Assembly (NCBI GenBank): GCA_028707125.1
Contig: JAQTUX010000002.1
Location: 16,355-80,354, forward strand
DNA length: 64,000 bases
Origin: Candidatus Omnitrophota bacterium
GTDB taxonomy: Bacteria; Omnitrophota; Gorgyraeia; Gygaellales; JAQTUX01
Direction: 5' to 3'
Shown: in pieces, positions 59,539 to 64,000 of the stretch
How the letters are laid out: each line of letters begins with the position of its first letter
Numbering within the stretch: position 1 is the stretch's first letter
The notes under the pieces: generated by a model
Seen by the model: the letters and a program-made list of their open reading frames with translations, nothing else
Databases searched by the model: none
Told to the model about the DNA's origin: nothing
Position numbers and translations under genes: made by a program

Positions 59539-61339
59539 GTAAGCCGCCTAACCTTCTATATTCCACTCCCGCCTCGCCGCATATCCCGGCTATATGAGAA
59601 ATATCGGAAGGGCCCAACCCGGGGATGGCTATGATGACTTCCTTAATATCACGGGCCTTTATTATCTCAAATAACCTGTCTCTCGCTCCCGCGACAGGGA
59701 CCCCGTGTATCTTGTTGTTCAGCTTGCGGGGGTCGTCATCAATAAAACATACGGGATTGTAGTCCAGATTCCTGTTCCTGCGTATCTCTCTTAACGCCAT
59801 CTCGCCTGTGTCGCCCGCGCCGTATATCAGGATATTTATGCTTCTGGGCCTGGCCCGGTCAAAAAAATCTCCGATCAGGCGGAACAGCACCCTCGTGCCG
59901 GACGCCAAAAACAAAAGCAGCAACCAGTCGATAAAAAATACCGCCCGGGAATATTCCCTGAATCTGAACAATAGCGTTAAGGCGGCTATCGATATGACCG
60001 AGCCCAGGCTTACCGCCTTAAAAATATTCGTCAGGTCTGATATACTTATGTATTTCCATACGCCCCTGTAAAGGCCGAACATAAAGAATACTGACATCTT
60101 TATAAGTATAATAAAAGGCCACGATTCTTTTATCATTGATAAACTATTGATAAGAGAGGTATTGCCTTCATAGCGCAGGAAAAACGCAAAATAGTAGGCA
60201 GCGCATATAAGGATAAAATCCAATAATACCTCTACCACCCGCCTTTTATGCAGCAGCATACCGTCAAACACGGTCATACTTGACCCCGGCCGGCGGGATC
60301 TCTGAGACGACACTACGCCCTCTCCCGAGATCCTGACTTCGGCAAGAAAAAACCCGAAATATAAAAGAATGATCGCGGCGACAACCGTGAGGAGCGCCGT
60401 AAGAAAGATATTCACCCTGGAGTAAGAAAGCGCGATCAAGCCAAGCAGGGCGCTTATCAGATAAAACAGGCAGACCGTCTTCCTCACGCTTAAACCCAGG
60501 TAAACGATCCTGTGGGAGGTATGGTCCTTGCCGCCTTTGGCGATCGACTGCCCCTTAAACATCCTCACAAGAGAAACAAACGTGGTATCAAATATCGGCA
60601 CGGCCATAACTAAAAACGGGATGGCCATTGTGACTATTAAATTAGAAAGAGAGCCGGTGGTCCCCATGATCGCTATCATTGCCAGGCTGAATCCCAGGAA
60701 CATGCTCCCGCTGTCTCCCATAAATATCCTGGCAGGATTAAAATTATACGGCAGAAAACCCAAAGACGCGCCTGCCAGCACTAACGCGATCATTGCCAGG
60801 GCAGTATGCTGCATAAAAACCGAGTTAACGAACAACATAAGGGAAGCGATGGCAGCTATCCCGCAGGCAAGGCCGTCCATATTATCCAGCATATTGAAGG
60901 CGTTAGTTACACCGATGATCCAAAGTATAATAAGAGGCGCGAGGAAAATATTGCCGATAACGGGAAAACTGGAAACGCCAAAGAATATAGTGATGCTGGC
61001 GGCTGTCATCTGGCCCAGGAGCTTAATATACGGCTGAAAGCCCAGCATATCATCCATAACCCCCCAAAAGAATATAAAAGACGCTCCAAATAACAGGCCC
61101 TTTGCCTGCGAGAAAACAGCGGGATTAAAAAGAAAGGTTAAAAAGGAGGCGGAAAAGATCGCCACGCCGCCAAATAGGGCTGTGGGAACGGTATGCCATC
61201 TGTCGCTCCTTGGCCTGGACACCAATCCCAGCCGCAAGGCAGCAAGCCGCACAACAGGTGTCAACCCTAATGATAAAACCAGGGCCGACAGGAACGCGAA
61301 TATAAACGGCTTATTTTCTGCGATAAAACCCGATAACAT
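59510..61339 (-). CDS. Fusion protein: a WecA/MraY-family polyprenol-phosphate sugar-1-phosphate transferase (GT4 MraY-like) fused to a CapD/WbpM-type membrane plus Rossmann N-domain.
   Basis: N-terminal half has NAFNMLDNMDGL and DSGSMFLG motifs. C-terminal half has YGAGDTGE ... a CoA-binding-like Rossmann fold, as at the N-terminus of PglF/WbpM. Confidence 0.7.
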   Translation of the reverse strand: MLSGFIAENKPFIFAFLSALVLSLGLTPVVRLAALRLGLVSRPRSDRWHTVPTALFGGVAIFSASFLTFLFNPAVFSQAKGLLFGASFIFFWGVMDDMLGFQPYIKLLGQMTAASITIFFGVSSFPVIGNIFLAPLIILWIIGVTNAFNMLDNMDGLACGIAAIASLMLFVNSVFMQHTALAMIALVLAGASLGFLPYNFNPARIFMGDSGSMFLGFSLAMIAIMGTTGSLSNLIVTMAIPFLVMAVPIFDTTFVSLVRMFKGQSIAKGGKDHTSHRIVYLGLSVRKTVCLFYLISALLGLIALSYSRVNIFLTALLTVVAAIILLYFGFFLAEVRISGEGVVSSQRSRRPGSSMTVFDGMLLHKRRVVEVLLDFILICAAYYFAFFLRYEGNTSLINSLSMIKESWPFIILIKMSVFFMFGLYRGVWKYISISDLTNIFKAVSLGSVISIAALTLLFRFREYSRAVFFIDWLLLLFLASGTRVLFRLIGDFFDRARPRSINILIYGAGDTGEMALREIRRNRNLDYNPVCFIDDDPRKLNNKIHGVPVAGARDRLFEIIKARDIKEVIIAIPGLGPSDISHIAGICGEAGVEYRRLGGLLDKAGADAF

Positions 61340-62288
61340 CGTTAATAATTTCCTCTAAATTATAGCTGGGCTTAAACCCTATCAGCTTGTTGATCTTACC
61401 CGTGTCGGGTACCCTGCGCTGCATATCTTCAAAGCCCTCCTCGTAGGCCTGATTATAAGGAACATATACGATATTTGACTTGCTGCCGGTTAATTTAATG
61501 ATCTTTTCGGCTAATTTTTCTATGCTGACCTCTTCCTGGCTGCCTATATTAAAAACCTCGCCCACAGCGCCCTTCTCATCCATCAGGGCCGCGATCGCGT
61601 TCACGGCGTCTCCGACATGTAAAAAACACCTCGTCTGTTTGCCGCTCCCATAGACGGTTATATTCTCATTATTTATGGCCTGTTTTACGAACCTGGGGAT
61701 CACCATTCCGTAGGAGCCGGTCTGCCTGGGGCCCACAGTGTTGAACAACCTCACAATTATGCTGGGCAGGCCCTTCTCTTTCCAGTATATATAAGCCAGC
61801 ATCTCATCTACCGCCTTGGCGGTAGAATAACCCCAGCGGCTCTTCAAAGGAGAACCCAGGATCCTGTCATCGGTCTCCTTGAGCGGGCCGTTTGTGTTTT
61901 TGCCGTAGATCTCCGAAGTGGATGTGATCAATATCTTTTTGTGATAACGATAAGCCATATCTATGACTATCTCGCTTCCCTTGATATTGGTCGTCAGCGA
62001 CTCCAGCGGCCTTTTTACCACTAATTCAACCCCCACAGCCGCGGCAAGATGGAATATCACATCACACTTATCTACCAATTTTTCTACGACCGGGCCGTTA
62101 AGTATGGAGCCCGTCATAACATGTAAACGCGGGTTATCTTCAAATGAGGCAATATTATCCCAGCTGCCTGTTGAAAGGTCGTCCAGAATGGTTACTTCAT
62201 CGCCCTTCCGCAGGTAGGCTTCCGCCAAATGAGAACCGATAAAACCCGCGCCGCCTGTAATCAATACCTTCATATTTTCACCTGACAA
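61311..62288 (-). CDS. NAD-dependent epimerase/dehydratase (SDR).
   Basis: [13 protein letters not shown] and YxxxK (YSTAK). Confidence 0.8.
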   Translation of the reverse strand: MSGENMKVLITGGAGFIGSHLAEAYLRKGDEVTILDDLSTGSWDNIASFEDNPRLHVMTGSILNGPVVEKLVDKCDVIFHLAAAVGVELVVKRPLESLTTNIKGSEIVIDMAYRYHKKILITSTSEIYGKNTNGPLKETDDRILGSPLKSRWGYSTAKAVDEMLAYIYWKEKGLPSIIVRLFNTVGPRQTGSYGMVIPRFVKQAINNENITVYGSGKQTRCFLHVGDAVNAIAALMDEKGAVGEVFNIGSQEEVSIEKLAEKIIKLTGSKSNIVYVPYNQAYEEGFEDMQRRVPDTGKINKLIGFKPSYNLEEIINDVIGFYRRK

Positions 62289-63463
62289 ACCATATTATTA
62301 TACAACCTTTCCATATCATTAATCAATCTTTCCTTTGCAAACTGCGATTTTACAAATTCCCTGCCTGCCGCTCCCAATCTTTCCCTTAAGCCCCTGTCTT
62401 TTAACAACAGGCCTAAACTATGGGCGAAACCTTCCGCGTCATCAGGCCTTACCAATATCCTTTCCGCGGGGATACCTGCCCCGCGGCAGACCGGCTCAAG
62501 CAGATCTTTAACCCCTCCCACATCAGTGGCGATCACGGGCCTGCCCGCTGCCATGGCCTCAATTAAGGATACCGGCGTCCCCTCATTCAAAGAAGTCAAA
62601 GCCACTATATCCAGATCAGCGTATATCTGCGCCAGGTCGCGCTTCCAACCGATGAAAGATACGCTGGAAGCAATACCGGAACTTACGGCATGATCTTCCA
62701 ATTCCCGGCGCAATGGCCCGTCGCCTACTATAAATAAACGCGTATTTTCTACGGCATCCGAAGTATCTTTTAACAACCTGACAGCATCCAGAAGCAGCCT
62801 ATGGTTTTTTATCGGCACGAGACGGCCGATAATACCGATAGTTATGGCATCGGTGTGGGGCTTACCGTTCTGGACGATCCGCAGGTATTTCTCTAATTCT
62901 AAACCGAGAGGAACAACGATGATCTTCCCCGGCCGCGATATCCTCAGATCAACTAATTCTCTCTTTACGCCTTCACTGACAGTTATGATCTTATCTGTGA
63001 ACGCGCCCAAAAACCGCTCTATGCAGGTAAAGAACCCGCTCCTTAATTTACCAAAATAACCATGCAGGACATGACCGTGAAAGGTATGGATCAATTTGCA
63101 TTTCCTCTTCCCGGAGATCAGATTATAAAGTAAACCGGCTAAACGGCCCAGCGTGCCGGCCTTGGCAGTATGGGTATGAACAATATCCGGACGCCCTTTT
63201 CTGATCAAGCCAAATATCTTCCAGAAAGCGATAAAATCATCCCGGATATTCAGGTTAGGCCCTAATTCGGGGATGATCACGGGATGAACGCCTTTCTCTT
63301 CCGCCAGATATGACATATCACCTTCTTTTTCTCCCGGCGTGCCCGTAAGCAGGACGGTTTCAAAGCCGGCGTTATTCAGCCCCTGGCTAAGCAAAATGGA
63401 ATGTATGGCCGGCCCGCCTATATTTAACCTGGTAATTATCCTTAAAACCCTGATCTTTCTCAT
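62270..63463 (-). CDS. Family 4 glycosyltransferase.
   Basis: GT-B fold with the EX7E-like motif (EGTPVSLIEAMAAGRPV). Confidence 0.8.
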   Translation of the reverse strand: MRKIRVLRIITRLNIGGPAIHSILLSQGLNNAGFETVLLTGTPGEKEGDMSYLAEEKGVHPVIIPELGPNLNIRDDFIAFWKIFGLIRKGRPDIVHTHTAKAGTLGRLAGLLYNLISGKRKCKLIHTFHGHVLHGYFGKLRSGFFTCIERFLGAFTDKIITVSEGVKRELVDLRISRPGKIIVVPLGLELEKYLRIVQNGKPHTDAITIGIIGRLVPIKNHRLLLDAVRLLKDTSDAVENTRLFIVGDGPLRRELEDHAVSSGIASSVSFIGWKRDLAQIYADLDIVALTSLNEGTPVSLIEAMAAGRPVIATDVGGVKDLLEPVCRGAGIPAERILVRPDDAEGFAHSLGLLLKDRGLRERLGAAGREFVKSQFAKERLINDMERLYNNMVCQVKI

Positions 63464-63901
63464 TCAAAACAAACACGCTATGCCGGCAACTAAGAACAGC
63501 GCGCGCATTAACCAGTGCCATATGCCTGTCTGCACCTGGAAAATCAATGATAAAACTGTATTTACGGCAACTACGGCAATTATAACCATACCCGCTCTCG
63601 CGGGCATCACTGCAAATGCCGGAATATCCTCCAGATAATAAATTGCCCTGCGTTTATACCTTTTAGAGAAACTGATGAAATATCGCGCTATCCGGCTGCT
63701 CTCCAGCACCGTGAACACCGCCGGCCCCGGGCCGCTTGGGTCGGTCATTCTTCCGAAAAAACTCTGCCTGAAATAACATACTACCTTCTCCGAGAAAGAC
63801 CTCCTCAGGCAATACGTCATACTATTACGATATACGCCTTTGAAGTTGCTTCTTAATTGCCCCCACACTTTTATGACAACGCTTGCATCTCTCCGGCTCA
63901 T
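63464..63901 (-). CDS. Hypothetical protein of 145 aa with a C-terminal hydrophobic segment.
   Basis: An ORF in the operon position immediately upstream of the GT4 gene, contiguous with no gap. I recognise no family. Confidence 0.35.
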   Translation of the reverse strand: MSRRDASVVIKVWGQLRSNFKGVYRNSMTYCLRRSFSEKVVCYFRQSFFGRMTDPSGPGPAVFTVLESSRIARYFISFSKRYKRRAIYYLEDIPAFAVMPARAGMVIIAVVAVNTVLSLIFQVQTGIWHWLMRALFLVAGIACLF

Positions 63902-64000
63902 TTTATCTCAATACCCCGTATTACACCAGACATGGAATATAGTTCCGTGGAAAAGACAATGCTGTTGCCCATCTTTACAGGATAATTCTTGAAATAATAT

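Overview
This 64-kb window is a gene-dense bacterial segment with moderately high GC. It looks like a Gram-negative or candidate-phylum organism, because it carries LPS heptose genes, a PilMNOPQ secretin pathway and Pho/Pst genes. All convincing genes are on the minus strand. Reading from high to low coordinates, the window holds a large glycoconjugate/LPS-type biosynthesis cluster (GT4, SDR epimerases, a WecA-like fusion, two O-antigen-ligase-like proteins, a GT2 and a UXS-like enzyme). Then come a type IV pilin and pilMNOPQ, followed by rng/rne, rplU, obg, proBA, nadD, a PGM/PMM, plsC, rpsA and tyrS. A second sugar-modification block follows: SGNH hydrolase, NodB-type deacetylase, a carbamoyltransferase-SxtJ-DUF5989 triad, a DUF3108-like protein, a PMT/ArnT-like GT, a B12-radical-SAM enzyme, an O-antigen ligase, two GT9 heptosyltransferases, a GT2, an epimerase, gmhB and an MGDG-synthase-like GT. 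The rest is priA, fmt, two tandem GalT-like HIT genes, gap, a BNR-repeat protein, phoB-phoR, a small outer-membrane beta-barrel, pstSCAB(B)-phoU, pgk-tpiA-secG and a Dpp/Opp-type peptide ABC transporter that is cut at the window start. The most unusual stretch is a roughly 3.3-kb accessory hotspot at about 6.5-9.9 kb, between pgk and phoU. It holds a low-GC two-gene cassette (a COG1672-type AAA+ ATPase and a 175-aa unknown) flanked by inverted copies of a roughly 150-bp GC-rich palindromic repeat. Next to it is a small module bracketed by 32-bp direct repeats with a near-leaderless promoter, encoding a retropepsin-like aspartic protease and a 66-aa protein I recall as DUF5678-like. Other notable features are a repeated dual GNRA-hairpin intergenic element, a PriA with degenerate Walker A/B motifs, a GalT-like paralog lacking the nucleophilic His, a pstB paralog with a degenerate signature motif, and Pho-box-like 11-bp direct repeats upstream of pstS and of the small outer-membrane barrel. 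No rRNA, tRNA, CRISPR array or transposase was recognised.
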